Assembly: GCA_013239625.1 (NCBI GenBank)
Contig: MU053881.1
Coordinates: 1,116,001 to 1,180,000, forward strand
Origin: Lama guanicoe
Taxonomy: Eukaryota
Direction of reading: 5' to 3'
DNA: 64,000 nt
The translations under genes were made by a program, and so were the position numbers. This document shows positions 15,011 through 30,628 of this stretch, one piece after another (position 1 is the stretch's first letter; every line of letters starts with the position of its first letter). The notes under the pieces were generated by a model. It did not search any database and had not been told where the DNA came from. It saw only the letters and a program-made list of their open reading frames with translations.

Positions 15011-15537
15011 GCAGGCGGGGCAGCAGTGTGATCAGATTCACCCTGCGGACCTGAGTCTGAGCTGAGCGTGACTTTGCTCCGGGGGTCTCCCCCCTTTATT
15101 CATGAATTTCTACCATGTAGGCATATTACCTGTCCTTTGTTTCCATATTTCCTTAAAGTTGCCTTTTTTTTTTAACATAAACAAGTAGATCTTACATGCT
15201 TCTGGAATCACTGGCTTGATGGGCCACTTGCACCTTTATGACTGGCCGTGTGTGGGCACCCTGGCCTGTGGCATCATGCTGGAGACTCGATTGGGCAGAC
15301 TCTGGCTGCGGGGACAGAGTAGGCTGAACAAAAGGCCCTGAGGATGGTGCGAGGCCAGGGCAGTGGTCAAGGGAGGCTGGGTGGAGGGGCTGGGTTGCTG
15401 GGCGCCAGCGTCCTACCAGGCCTCTCGACGGGGCTCTGAGTTTCTGGGCGTGAGTCATGCCTGGTCTCCCTGTGCCTCCGGGGCCAGGCAGTTATCGCCA
15501 GAGTGGGGGACATGTGAGTGATGGGTCAAGGGAGTGA

Positions 15538-15699
<162 letters not shown>

Positions 15700-16863
15700 T
15701 GAGTCGGCCCTGATATTTCCCAGCCTTCCTGGGTGGCAGCTGCTATCCCCAAGGGTCCTTGCTAGGCCCCTGAGGATGCCAGTTCTGGAGAGGGTGCGAG
15801 GGCAGGCAGTCCTGGCCCCTCCTCGTCTCTCCTGGGAGGAAACTTAGAGGGGGCAGGGCTCATGCCCCAAGCCACGCAGCCTGCTGGGGGCAGAGCCAGC
15901 CCTGGAGGCTTGGAAACTTGGTCTCCTGACCCAGCAGTCTGCTGCACGATGCCCCTGGGCTCCCCACACCTACACACAGGCCTGCACCCTCTTCTGGTAA
16001 TGCCCTGGTTGGGGTTGTCATTGGTCTGTGTTCCCTTCAGTAGCCTTGGGATAAATCTCAAAGTCACCCTTTCTTTCCCCATCCCTATCAAACACTGAGG
16101 CCTCTTGATTCTTTCTCCACAAATTTCTCAGGTGGTCATTTCCACCGACTTCCCCTGAGAACAAGGCACCACTATGCAAGGGGCCTCGTGGAAGCCAGCT
16201 TCTTCCATCATCCACTCTGCAGTGCTGTCACCACCCCTTGTCACAGGCAGAGCGTGACTTTGCGCAAGTCTCAGGTGGGGCCTCGGGTTCTGCTTGGCAT
16301 CTCATAGATGGTGAAGCAGAAGCCCCCAGCTCCTCCCAGGGTGCTGGCCTGCCGCGCCCCATCACCCCGCCTGCCAGAGGCATCTGCTGGCCACCAGCCG
16401 GTGACTTTCCCGTGAGGTTAATGCTTTGTGGGCTGGTGCTGTTCTCAGCAGCGTGAGGACATTACAGAAACGCAGCCCAAGTTTTCTTGAGGTGGAGGAG
16501 AGCCAGAGGGTGGAGTGTCCACTGTGTGCCCAACACTTGTTAAGAGCACTTAATTCAGGTTCTACTATTTCAGAATTACCCTGCCGCCGTGTGTGTGAGG
16601 GACAGGCGCAGGCCTGGATGTAGAGGAAGCTCACCCAGCTCCTCCACCCTGGGGCTTCTGACTTGGGACACAGCAGAACCCAGACACCTGTCACAGCTCA
16701 CTGTTGGGCCCCAGCCACAGCTCAGGAGCTGGGATGGGGGTGGCGGGTGCGAGGGGCTGCACAGATGCCTCCTTCCCACAGGACCCCTGAGAGAAGACAG
16801 CAACCCCTTCCACACCTGATGCTCCAAGACCCTGACACCTGGGGGATTATCCAGGTCCTGTGA

Positions 16864-17619
<756 letters not shown>

Positions 17620-18241
17620 TGAGCTGGTTTAAGCATCAGAAGGCACTTGCAGGCTCCTGGAACTGAAAAGTCTGGTAGCTTCAGGCATGAGTGTGTGTGT
17701 ATTTCATTGGAGTCTCGTCCCGCTCATGAAGAAGGCGGCATTGGGCAGAGGAGGGCAGCGGGGCCCAGGCCTGCTCCGCTGTCTCCCTCACCCCACGTGA
17801 TCCACCAGCCGAGCGCCTGTTGCAGGCCCCACACGTGCATGCGGGGAGGGGGTGCCGGAGCAGACAGGCTCCCCGTCTCAGAGGGAGGCTGTGGTCCGGC
17901 AGAAAGTCACCTAATGATATTTTAGTGACATCTGCGACAAATGCTGAGGAGGGAGGGTACCAGGGACCCAGGACTGAATCAAGGGGCGTCCGGCCTTATT
18001 TGGGCTTTCAGAGAAGGTTGACTGAAAAGGGTCTTCAGGTAGAGACCTGGCAAACAGCCATTTGCCTTTCCCCTGAGTCTGGGGGTCTCCGAGCAGGGCC
18101 TCGGGGATCTGGGGGCCCGGCTGCACCAACAACAGCCTGGCTCAGCTGGAAAAAGCTCTTCCTGCGTTCCCTGCACAGGAACACTAAGCGGGTTGCAGGC
18201 ACCTGCCTCCGTGCTTTTTCTCTCCCGCCCCAGGGCAGGCA

Positions 18242-18265
18242 TGTGTGTGTGTGTGTGTGTGTGTG
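18242..18265. repeat. (TG)n microsatellite
   Basis: Direct reading. Confidence 0.95.
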
Positions 18266-18283
18266 GCGGGGGGTGGATCCTAA

Positions 18284-18886
<603 letters not shown>

Positions 18887-19469
18887 CCAGTCGGCATTGG
18901 ACAGCTTGCTCTTGATAGGGGTGGCCCCCCATGGCTCTCGTTGGTCTCGCTCTTTGTAAACAGGCCCTTCTGTGTTTTCTGTTACTCTCATGCCTTTGGC
19001 TTCAGCCTTAGGCTGTCACAAGAAGCAACCGAGGGGCACCCTCGGCTTATAAGAGGAACAAGGGTGCAGGCTTGCCCGCTGCCAGACTCCCTAGAAGCAG
19101 CTGGAAGCCTCTGTAGTTTGTGTGGGTGAGACTGACTGTAGGTGTCGCAGAGGCCGGCTCTCGTCTTACCTTCCTGAGAGGCGAGCACCCTCAGGACTTC
19201 TCCGCAGAGAGCCTGGCAGCATGCTGCGGGCGCCTGGAGGAGGGGGGCGAGGCGGGCAGAGCAGGGAGGTGGGCTGCGGGGCAGCTGGAGGTGTGCTCGG
19301 GGCTCCTCTCCCCTCACGGGGGTTCGGCAGGACGGCAGCCCCTGGAGAAGGAGGCTCCCGGGAGGCTCACCGCGGGAGGCCGGGAGGGGGCTCGCCCAGC
19401 CTCGGTCTGGCAGGGGGGCCCGGCCACAGTCTGCTCAGACCCCAAATACTCAACCAAATACTTACAGAC

Positions 19470-20215
19470 AAAGACAGCAGTGTCTCCCGTGTACCTGGGG
19501 ACGGTGCTTAACTTATGGAGGTTACTGACTGATGACACAGGCATCAATGCCATTGCAAGAAAAACTGATTAGAAAAAAAAATTAAAAACAGCAGCAAAAA
19601 AGACAGGAAAAAAAAAAGAAGGGCTTCTTACTTGCTCTTCCTGAGGGAAGGGCATGCCGTGCTGTGCAGAGCCCCGTGGGAAAGCACCAGGGTCAGCTGG
19701 GAGGCAGACGGGAGTAGGGGACAGCCTGGGCCGGAGCCACCACTGGGGCTTCCCTAGGAAAGGCAGGGCAGGGCAGAGTAAGCAGGCTTTGGGCAGGAGG
19801 GGTCTCTAGATTGCCGGCACCTGCCCCTGGGGTGATTTAGGGCAGAGACATACCGGCTTGGTGTGTGAGTTTGATGCAGGGGGTGATGGGAGGGGTCAGT
19901 TGGTTTGTGTAGGAAAGCTACGCCCCCTTTGCTGTCCCTAAGAACTGGCTGGCTAGCTAGCCCTGGGAGGGGCGGACTCTCCCTGGCTGACAAGATTTTC
20001 AAGATGTCAAAACATCATAAATAGTGGGGAGGATATAGCTCAGTGGTAGAGTGTGTGCCTAGCATGTGTGAGGACCTGGGTTCAATCCCCAGCACCTCCT
20101 CTAAAAATAAATAAACCTAATTACTCACTTCCCAAAAAACAACAACAACAAAAAAACACAAATTAAAAAAAAGTTTTTAAAATCATAGCTCACAGAAAAT
20201 ATTTTAAAACCGTGA
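19470..20215 (-). mobile_element. ERVL-type solo LTR (same family group as 6596-7218)
   Basis: gggaaagcaccagggtcag, ccctggggtgatttagggcag, aagatgtcaaaacatcat; left boundary approximate. Confidence 0.6.
20026..20172 (+). mobile_element. tRNA-derived camelid-type SINE
   Basis: ggggaggatatagctcagtggtagag...gggttcaatccccagcacctcc plus A-rich tail. Confidence 0.85.
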
Positions 20216-20695
20216 ATGATTGCAGTAGCCCAGGAAACATTTAGTAGTGGAAGTAGCTTTAGATGCCTGCTGTGAATATGGTCCAAACCTAACAGGGAAG
20301 TGGGAACACGAATTCACCCTCTTAGCGGGCGTGGCTAGAGCTTCGCTCCTTACACTGACAACTGGAGAACAGGGTATTTCATTAATTAAGGGTGATTTTG
20401 AACAAATAACAGTAGGATAAATTTTTGCATCATTACAAAATGTTTGCATTTAGATGTGATCACATTGCAAAAGTTAGAAAACAAAGGAGAGCGAAAGGAA
20501 AGATGGAAAACACACAAAGGAAATGTGAGTAACAAGATGAAATTAGGAGTCTTTATAACACATGTGAACGTGAAACTCTTCTTTGAAAAAAATCTGGTAT
20601 CCAAGTAGAAGTTGTCCATTAAAAAATATCAAAATACAATGACTCAGGAAGTTTAAAAGTGAAATGACAGCAAAAGACGTGTCAGGAGAATAAAG

Positions 20696-20720
20696 ACACA
20701 CACACACACACACACACACA
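20696..20720. repeat. (CA)n microsatellite
   Basis: Direct reading. Confidence 0.95.
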
Positions 20721-20767
20721 GAGGAGGGAGTGAGGAATTAAATGAGGCCGTGAAGGTGCTAATTCCA

Positions 20768-20950
20768 TGTCCAGTTTGGGGGGTTTTTCCCTATGTGTCC
20801 AATAAGCTGTTCTCTGACACCAGCTGGGCGTCCTACCGTTCGACCCAATTCTGACACTACCTGCACAGGAAATTCTGAGGGTTTTAGGAGGTCTAGCCAG
20901 AAACTGGATGAAGACCAAATATATATTTATTATAAATCACAACATCACGG
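20768..20950. mobile_element. Internally deleted MER34/MER39-like LTR
   Basis: gacaccagctgggcgtcct...aattctgacacta and gaagaccaaatatatattt...atcac. Confidence 0.5.
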
Positions 20951-21940
20951 CCACTCCGGCCTGACAGGGGGTTCTCCCCTTCGTCCCTTCCTCTCCTTCC
21001 CCCTCAGCTCCATCCTTCACTCGGGTCTTACTCTGTGCCAGGCAACGTGTGACTATTTTTAAGGACCATCTCCTCTCATGCTGGCAACAGCCCTGGAAGG
21101 CCTTGCTGCTCTGACTCCACGTCCCAAATGTGGAAACAAACTTGGAGTTTCTCTGAGACTACTTGGCCAGAAAGTGGCTCTGTGGTCCCTTTGTAGTCTA
21201 GAGACCCTGCCCTCAAAGGTCTTTGTGAAGCAAATGTCCGAAATCAAAGAGCAAAGGGAAAAGAAGCAGTCTCGCAAGAGGCAGTGATGGGAGAATCGTG
21301 GTGGGGTGGAGGTGAATTGGCTCTGGGCTTCCTGGCAGCCAGTGCAAAGAGGGAAACCTGTGACGCATTCTAGTACAGACAGAGGGAGCAGACCAGCTCG
21401 GAGGAGAGATGGTCTTCCCTGCTGAGTGTGGACGTGGGTGTGAAAGTGGCCTCAGGCCAAGTGCTCAGGGTGTGGACGTGCAGAGTCTGCTCCCCGTGGA
21501 ACTATGGGGCCCTGGGAATGTGTACTGTCAGCAGGGCTATAGGGAGGAAAAGAACGCGAACTTGTTACTGCTTCTGCCAGGTGGCCCTGGGCAAGGGAAC
21601 GTCCCTGCTCTGTGGGGAACAATTTTCGATACTGGAGGGGACAGTGTTGAGAGGCTTGGTTGAGAGAATGAAAACGAAAGTGTTCCCACCAACTCTTGTC
21701 ACCTCCTGCCCAGACAACCCAAGCAGGCTAAAGAGGACACTGTTCCGGGGGGCAGTGTGAGGGAGGGGCCTCCAGGCCTTAGCTTTGGGTGGGAGCCCGA
21801 GAGGGCTGGAGCTACGCTGCGTGGACGCCCAGGAGAGGGGCAGAGGCCAGGTGTAATTTGCGTTCACTGGGAGGCCAGCCTGTGGTGCCAGGACAGCCTC
21901 GGGACGTGGCCCTGTCTAGACTGTGCAGATGAGCGGATGA

Positions 21941-22336
<396 letters not shown>

Positions 22337-22752
22337 TGAGGTGGAGGGAGAATCCCAGGTGGGGACAGCTGTGCCAGGCCTCGGGGTGGGTGGGGACAAG
22401 GAGAATGACAGGACACAGATGCTCAGGGTGGGCCCGTAGTCTTTATTTGAGGGCACCCCTCTCCAGCCCTCCAGGGCTGGGCTGTCGCCTCCCTTGGTCC
22501 CTGCCCCTCCGCTGCTGCGCCCAGCTGGCTGTCAGCAGGACTTGGCCGGGCTGCTCAGTGCGGCCTGCAGCCTGGGGGCAGCCAGTGGTCCCCACAAGAC
22601 CACAGAATGGGGCTGGGGAACTTGGGGTCTCCAGCCAAGGCGGGCTCTGGGAAGACATCCCTCTGGGTGAACCCCCTTCCAGAGCCATGTCCCTGCCTGG
22701 CCCTTGGCGCTCTGAGTGGACCTGAGCAGCTGGCTGCTCTGCCTCTGTCTGA

Positions 22753-23532
<780 letters not shown>

Positions 23533-23723
23533 TGACACACCTCCCCACCCCCACCCCACCCCACCTGGCGGAGGGCAGGCGGCTGGGAGACCGAGGCCTC
23601 TGCTCCCCACAACGCCCCCAACCTGCGCAAACCAGCGCCCCCTGCCGGCCTCCTGGCAGTGAGCCTGGACTCCGCCCCTGGGTGATCGTGGCGGTGGGGG
23701 TTGCTGTCTTCTGCCATCCTCAG

Positions 23724-23890
23724 CCGTCAAGAACCTGGAGACAGGCAAGTTCATTTTAAATGAAGAGAATGACATAGACCCCAATTCCAAATCCTTCATC
23801 GCCATGGGTGTGGAGTGGGAGTACCGGGACGAGGACGGCCGGGAGACGCTGCAGACCATGGGCCCCCTCCATGGCACCATCACCGTGCTG
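23724..23890 (+). CDS. ADAMTS2: ADAMTS2 exon 16, spacer
   Basis: cctcag|CC, CTG|gtgagt; [56 protein letters not shown]. Confidence 0.96.
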
Positions 23891-24368
23891 GTGAGTAAGT
23901 CGGGGCAGGGCCTGAGCCTCCCTGCATCCTTCACGGCCTGCCCCTTGGACCTCGGATCTCCATCTTTGTGTCAGAGTGAGGAACAGACAGAGAGCTGCCA
24001 TTCGGGGCTCTGGGCCCTGTGTCAACCCCCAGGTGATCTTAGGACAAAATCTCCGTAAAGTTTTAGGTTTCCACTCTGGGTGACGTTCAAGGCCACCTTT
24101 CATCACGCTTGTTCACGTCTGCCATCGCATCCAAACCCCGCACATCCCTGGGAGTGACCGACAGGGCTCTGGAAATTAGACCCAGGTCACCCAGACTTTG
24201 TCCCTGAGGAGGACCGGACCCCAGGTCTCCTGAGCCCAGGACCACAGGCTGCTCCTGGCGACAGGAGTACAGAGGGGCTTGATTTTGCTAATCACTTTTT
24301 AAAGATTAATTTTAATTGCTCAAGTAATACATTTTACCAGTAAAAAAGTTTAAAATACCTCAGATAGT

Positions 24369-24515
24369 GGGAAGGGAATAGCTCAGTGGCACAGTGCGTG
24401 CTTAGCATGCACGAGGTCCTGGGTTCAATCCCCAGTACCTCCACTTAATAAATAAATAAATAAATAGATTGATTAATTAATTAATCTAATTACTTACCCC
24501 CTACCCCCCCAAGAT
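24369..24515 (+). mobile_element. tRNA-derived camelid-type SINE
   Basis: gggaatagctcagtggc...gggttcaatccccagtacctcc plus (TAAA)n tail. Confidence 0.85.
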
Positions 24516-24681
24516 TTTTAAGAAACCGCCACAGATAAGGCTCAGGTGCCTTTGCCCCCATGAGGTGAGCGCAGCGTGGCTAGGCCCGGGCCCCTGGACC
24601 CGGCGCCCACACCGGGCGTGCAGCTGCCGAGCGCGTGCTTCGTGCGCGCCGTGCCGCTCTGCTCCCCTCGCCTGCGTGCAC

Positions 24682-25380
24682 TGTTCATCCCCCCAAAAAA
24701 CCAATCCACAATCGGGAATAAGAATAGAAAAGAATTTTATTTGAGCCAAACTGAGGACTAGCCTGGAAACCAACTTCCCAGATTACTCTGAAGAAGCAGG
24801 GTTTCCAGCACAGTTTTGTGTCTTGTGAGAACAAACAAACACGAACAAGTCAGGGGTGCATTTCTTCAAGGTTTAAAAAAAAGACCAGCACAGACACAGC
24901 GAGTCAGTATGACCTTTTTTTTTTTTTAAAGAGAAACAGGTTTATTAACTACCAGATTTGTGTGCGGTCCTTTTGTTTTCAGCCTCATAGGATCTGATCA
25001 AAATACAGCTTCCCCTGGGAAATTAGGTTTCTTCTCTACCCCTTCACGGCCATCATGCTGCTCATTTGTAATACAGTGAGGTTAACCCCTGATGGTCCGC
25101 ATTCCATGTTGTGTTCCCTCTGCCACCTAACTGGTCTTATCACTGAAAGAGGACCCGCGTTGGCATCTCAGGAAGGGAGGCGTTGAATCTTTATCTTTAA
25201 CATAAATAGTCTTTATTTCTGGTCAGTGTGCCCTCTTCCTTAACAATTAAAGCAGGTGTACAATGTATGTTTGATAGGCCACAAACAGCCTTAATTTTAG
25301 CTAGCCAAAAATTCAGGTTAACTCACGGATAAGCCAGAATGGCTTCCCCACATCTCAAAATGTGAAAATTTCTTTTATCA
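24682..25380 (-). mobile_element. ERV1-type solo LTR containing a poly(A) retro-insert
   Basis: TG...CA ends, ttttatttgagccaaactgaggact (antisense AATAAA). Confidence 0.6.
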
Positions 25381-25492
25381 AACATCTTTGGTGCCCTGCC
25401 TTTGTCAGTGCGTATACAGCCGGGCCTCGGTGTCTGCCATTCCTGTATTGGTAAATCTGTCTACTGAAATGTATTTTGAATCCCAAAATCAG

Positions 25493-25940
25493 CACAGGCA
25501 CAGCTCAGGAGGTGGTGCAGAGTGGGTTCCAGACCACTGCCACACACAAATATCGCAAAATGCAAGTCACGTGGATGTTTTGGTTTCCCAATGTGTGTAA
25601 AAGCTATGTTACACTCTTCTGCGGTCCATCAGGTGTGTGATAGCCTTATGTCTGTAAAAACAATGTGCAGACCTTAATTAAAAAATGCAAAACAAAAAAC
25701 CAGTTACATTAATAACGCCAAAGTTGACTGAGCACAGGTCACCCTCACAAATAGAACAGCAATGAAAAAGTTGGAAATATCGTGGGAAGGACCAAAATGT
25801 GACACAGAGACACGGAGTGAGGAAATAAGTGCCCTTGACAAATGGCCCCGACAGACTTGCAGCGTGCTGGGCTGGCCTTTAATTGGTAAAAAACGTAATA
25901 CCCGAGATGCCGCGGGCTTGCCCTGCAGAGAGCGCGCACG
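25493..25940. mobile_element. Non-autonomous Tigger1 derivative (Tigger1a_Art-like)
   Basis: caggca...ggttccagaccac left end; accaaaatgtgacacagagacac...aaatggccccgacagacttgc right part. Confidence 0.7.
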
Positions 25941-25944
25941 GGAT

Positions 25945-26170
25945 CGATGAGCTTTGTTCAGGCACTGGCCGTGGGTTCAGTGTTTGTGGATCAACAGTAT
26001 GCATCAAGGAAGGTGTCTTCAAACAGAAATACACCTCACATAACGTTGTGCATTGACAGTTGAATATGTCATGACCGGAGTTTTGCAGGACCCTGATGAG
26101 AAGTGGTTCGGTCCTGAATTCGGCGTCTGCCGGGGCTTTCTAGAACCTGACTACCATGAGTGACGAGCAC
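25945..26170. mobile_element. Tigger4/Zombi-like fragment
   Basis: aaggtgtcttcaaacagaaatacac...agaacctgactaccatga. Confidence 0.6.
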
Positions 26171-26263
26171 GGGCCACGTGTGTCCCTGGGGCTGGCCCTC
26201 CTGGCCCGGCCGTGGAGGTAGGGTGGCAGCGGGCAGACGCATTCACGGCCCTCTCTGGCGCAG

Positions 26264-26423
26264 GTCATCCCGCAGGGAGACGCCCGGGTCTCGCTGACCT
26301 ACAAGTACATGATCCATGAGGACTCGCTCAACGTGGACGACAACAATGTCCTGGAGGACGACTCCGTGGGCTATGAGTGGGCCCTGAAGAAGTGGTCCCC
26401 CTGCTCCAAGCCCTGTGGCGGAG
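26264..26423 (+). CDS. ADAMTS2: ADAMTS2 exon 17, end of spacer and start of TSP1-2
   Basis: gcgcag|GTC, G|gtgagg; [53 protein letters not shown]. Confidence 0.96.
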
Positions 26424-27692
26424 GTGAGGGCCTTCTCAGAGTTGGGGCCCCGAGGGGGCCCGGGCCGGGCCCACAGTCCCTGCTGGCTGTCTGGCCTGAG
26501 GGACGAACCATGTATGAGGAGACTGGCCCCAGGACCAGGGAGGCTGAGCCAGTGACCTCTGCCCGGGTGACCAGGGCCTAGCCTCACCTGGGAAAGGGGC
26601 AGAGGGCGGGCAGGAAGGGTGGGTGCTCAGGGCGGCCGGCCAGAGGCAGCCAGGGGGCACGTGTGGGGCCTGGACGGCACCAGCACGCACCTGCGTCCGT
26701 GTGGGCGGCAGGGCTGGCCTGGCTGGAGGTGGCTGTGACGGTGGCTTGGGTGGATTCCTGTGACATCACACGCACGGGCAAAGGAAAGACGCAGGCCATG
26801 CTGGAGACCAGGGCCGCTCTGCAGAGGATCCTCCTAAAAGGCCTTTCCTTCCCGGGGCAGAGCTGGGTGCAGAGGGGTTTCACCTACTCCAGACCTCAGA
26901 GAGTCCACAGTCGGGTGGGACATACAGACGGACAGGAAGTTCTGATCTGCTTGGTGTGGTCACTGCTCCTTGCAGTAAGGGAAGCTGGAGGACATAGAGG
27001 CAGGAGAAGGCGGCTCAGCCTGCAGGACGGAGCTCCCTCAGATGCCATGAGGGGCCCCACGCCTTGAGGACACAGGGGACTTCGCTGAGGGGCACCCACT
27101 CCCAAGCCTGGGCAGGTGGAAGGTGCTCCCCCAGGGCCCCTGCCTGGGCGGATGGCACCCCCTCCTTCCACTGAGCCTCCCGGCCCCCCGGATTTCACGG
27201 GCACATCCTGCTGATCCTCCCTCCTGCGTCTCCCTCAGACCCATCTGCTGTTACTGCCTTCCTGGTCCTGGCACCACCCTCACTGCCCCGCTGGCCTTTG
27301 TGTGTCCACTCTTGCTCCAGAGTGACCCCTGTAGGACAGATCAGACTGTGCACCTCCCTGGTGTCATAGGTTTCAACAGCTGCCTCTACTCTTGGGCTCA
27401 AAAGCAAAATTCTCCTGGCCTCCAAGGTCTAAGCTGACTGCTTCCACTGTATTGGTGCCCCCAGCCCTGGCTCACCAGGCCCTGTCCACACTGGCCTCAG
27501 ATGCTTTTCCTGGACATGCTGTGCTCCTGCCTCAGGGCCTTTGCACAGGCCATCTCCTCCCCCCGAGAGCCCCTTCCACCACCTTCTCACTAAACCAGCA
27601 CCCCTCCATCCTCTGTTTCCTGGGACACGTCTCCAGACACCCAGGCTAAGTCAGACGGCCCAGCCATGTTCTCTCATGCCTTGCCCACAAGG

Positions 27693-27899
27693 CCGAGGTT
27701 TTGAGACCTCGGCGCTGTCGACATCTTGGGCTGTGTTATTGTCTGCTGTGGGCACTTTCTCACGCCTTGTAGGATGTGGAGCAGCATCCCCTGCCTCTAC
27801 CTGTTAGATGTCAGTGGCATCTCCCCCAGTGACAACAAAGTGTCCCAGACTTTGCTAGATGTCCCCAGGGGACAAAATCGCCCCCTGTTGAGAACTGCT
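27693..27899 (-). mobile_element. MER20 (hAT-Charlie)
   Basis: gcagcatcccctgcctctac...gtccccaggggacaaaatcgccccctgttgagaac matches MER20 reverse complement. Confidence 0.8.
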
Positions 27900-28231
27900 T
27901 CACTAGATGGTGGCGGAGGGAGCCTTGCAGGCCGTGTTCTGTGTTTAGCCAGGTCCTCAGTGCATAGTATCTCAAGGTGGAGAAGATGACTCAGCGATGG
28001 GGGAGGAAGTAGGGCCTCCCTCCTGCCCCAGGAAACCAGCCAACAGGCCAGGGGAGAAGCTGGCCAAGCTCCCTGGCCTCTCACCCTCATTTGGCCTGGG
28101 GTACCGGGTGGACACCACCCTGGACGTCTCTAGGCCTGGCTTGGGGAGGACGTCTCCATTGGCTGGGTGGGGAGGACGAGGCTGGGGGGGCCCCAGCGCC
28201 CCATGGAGCCCCCTCGAGCTCTCGTCTTCAG

Positions 28232-28364
28232 GGTCGCAGTTCACCAAGTATGGCTGCCGCCGGAGGATGGACCACAAGATGGTGCACCGAGGCTTCTGCG
28301 ACGCCCTCTCGAAGCCCAAAGCCATCCGCCGGGCTTGCAACTCGCAGGAGTGCTCCCAGCCTGT
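28232..28364 (+). CDS. ADAMTS2: ADAMTS2 exon 18, TSP1-2
   Basis: cttcag|GG, GT|gtgagt; [45 protein letters not shown]. Confidence 0.96.
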
Positions 28365-29161
28365 GTGAGTGCCCCAGGCTCCCTGGCTCCCCCGGCCCCG
28401 AGCCTGGGGCCCCCCTGGAGGAGGGGAGGGCAGAGCCCCGGACTCCTGTGGAGGGAGGTGCGGGATCTGGGCCCTCAGGGTCACTCTGGGCCTCACATCC
28501 CCTGAGACGTTTGATGGATTCTTTCTCACTCACCGTGTTTCACGGTGTCTTAAGATGCTGCGAGGCGCCCCCCTGCTTCAGACTTCTGAACGGAAACAGT
28601 AATGTGCCTCTTAGTAGTGACGACAGGTGTTAATGCTCAGATGGGGAAACTGAGGCCCCGCGGATGCAGGGCTCACTTCTGTGGAAGATGTCTCCCCAGC
28701 AGCTCATTGCAGGGGCTGCGGAGCTGACCCTCTGGCCCTGGGGTCTGGCAGGGCTGCATTTTCAGGCCCAGGTTCCTTTTGTAGGGTCTGGAGTGGGGAA
28801 GATGGTGGGTAAATAGGCAGGTGGCAGCCATACAGGGACAGATGCTAAGGTCATCCATGCTGCCGGAAGGGTTTATGATGTCAGCGGAGGCTAGGGTCAG
28901 AGGGCAGAGCCGGGAGCCTAAGGAGAAACAGGTTGGCAGGGCCCCTCAGTCCTGGGTTCTCCATGGCCCCCCACCCCCAACCAGGGCCTCCCAGCAGTGG
29001 ACATGCACGGGGTCCCTCATCTGCAGGACCTCAGACAGAGGCACAGCTGGCCTCCAGGGCGCCTTCATGACAGCAGGGAAGATGGGCCTGGGGGAGCCAG
29101 CTGCCCTCCCTCTGTCCACCTGGTTGTCCGGGGCTGACCGTGGGCTGCTCTGCCCTGGCAG

Positions 29162-29369
29162 GTGGGTCACGGGCGAGTGGGAGCCATGCAGTCAGAGCTG
29201 CGGGCGGACGGGCACGCAGGTGCGCTCCGTGCGCTGCGTTCAGCCGCTTCACAACAACACCACGCGCTCCGTGCACACCAAGCACTGCAATGACGCCCGA
29301 CCCGAGGGCCGCCGCGCCTGCAACCGTGAGCTCTGCCCTGGTCGGTGGCGGGCAGGACCCTGGTCCCAG
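29162..29369 (+). CDS. ADAMTS2: ADAMTS2 exon 19, TSP1-3
   Basis: tggcag|G, CAG|gtaagc; [69 protein letters not shown]. Confidence 0.97.
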
Positions 29370-29769
29370 GTAAGCAGCCCCCCGCCCTGTGTCCTCAGCC
29401 CCCACACCAAGCTTGGGTGGGACTGAGGTGGCCAGGGTGGTCCACCTTGGCCCGGGTGCCGAGGTCTTGCCTTGGGCCATGTCCTGTAGGTCCCAGGGCA
29501 CTGGTAGCTCCACGCAGCGAGTGCTCTGCTGAGAGACCCAGAGGAATGCGTGTCTTTACTCTGCAGGGCAGAGGCTCCCAGGTGCTATGGGGGCCTGGAC
29601 CCCCAGTAAACAGGGCAGCCTGGGCTCCGGGACACAAGGAGAGGCCTGAGCTTTCGTTTCTGGGGGTGGAGGTTAAACTTGCAGGAGGGGACACGAGCAG
29701 GGGACAGCTTACACTTGGGCCGGAGGAGCAGTTCTGGGGGCCGAACTGAGCTGATGTGAGCACTGACAT

Positions 29770-30230
29770 CCAGCCCACAGGCCTGGTGGGTCGGGGTCCC
29801 CACGACCAGATTCACTCAGAAGGTGCTGCACTCCTGATTACGCTTTATTCTAACAAAAACACAGAGCAGAATCAGCAAAGGGGAAAAGCGCTTGGGTGAA
29901 GTCTGGAGGAAGCCAGGCGCAAGTGTCCAGGCATCCAGGGTCTGCACTGGTGATCAGTCACACAAGCACAGGGTGCCTGCGCGCTGGACATCCGGTACTG
30001 CAGCCCCGGACCCCAGAGGGAACGCGGCTGCTTGCCAGAAATCACACTCGTGGTGTGAACCAACCAGACAAGCTAGTGCAGCCTGATCCCAGGCCTCGGG
30101 CATCCGAAGCACGCTCACCCGACAGATCCGTCCATGAACTTGGCTCCCAGGAGCCACCCAAGGCCCAGTCCCAGAACCAGGCCTTGCCTGGGGCTGGGCA
30201 AGTGTGAGCAGCCCAGGTCGGCTGAGTCAG
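29770..30230. mobile_element. MER21-like LTR remnant
   Basis: aatcagcaaaggggaaaag...gtgaagtctggaggaagccaggcgcaag. Confidence 0.55.
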
Positions 30231-30498
30231 CCCCGCCCCACACGCGGCGGGGACTTGAGAATCATCCTTAGGCAGGGCTGGGCTGAGCTGAGGACCCAGA
30301 AGTGCCAAGGCCTGTCCAGCCCTGGGTATTCGCTCTCTCTAACCCACTTCAGAGCCCAGGAGATTGAGGCAGCTGCCCGGGGCCAGGGCAAGGCCGGGCC
30401 GGCCTCTCGCTCGCAATCTCCCCTCTGTCCTTCGCCACCTCCCACATGCGTGGGGGGCCCTTCCAGAACCAGCCTGACTGGTCACTCTCTGCCTGCAG

Positions 30499-30628
30499 TG
30501 CTCGGTAACCTGTGGCAACGGCACCCAGGAGCGGCCCGTGCTCTGCAGGACCACGGACGACAGCTTCGGCGTCTGCCGGGAGGAGCGGCCTGAGACGGCG
30601 CGGATCTGCAGGCTCAGCCCCTGTCCCC
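30499..30628 (+). CDS. ADAMTS2: ADAMTS2 exon 20, TSP1-4
   Basis: ctgcag|TGC, C|gtaagc; [43 protein letters not shown]. Confidence 0.96.
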
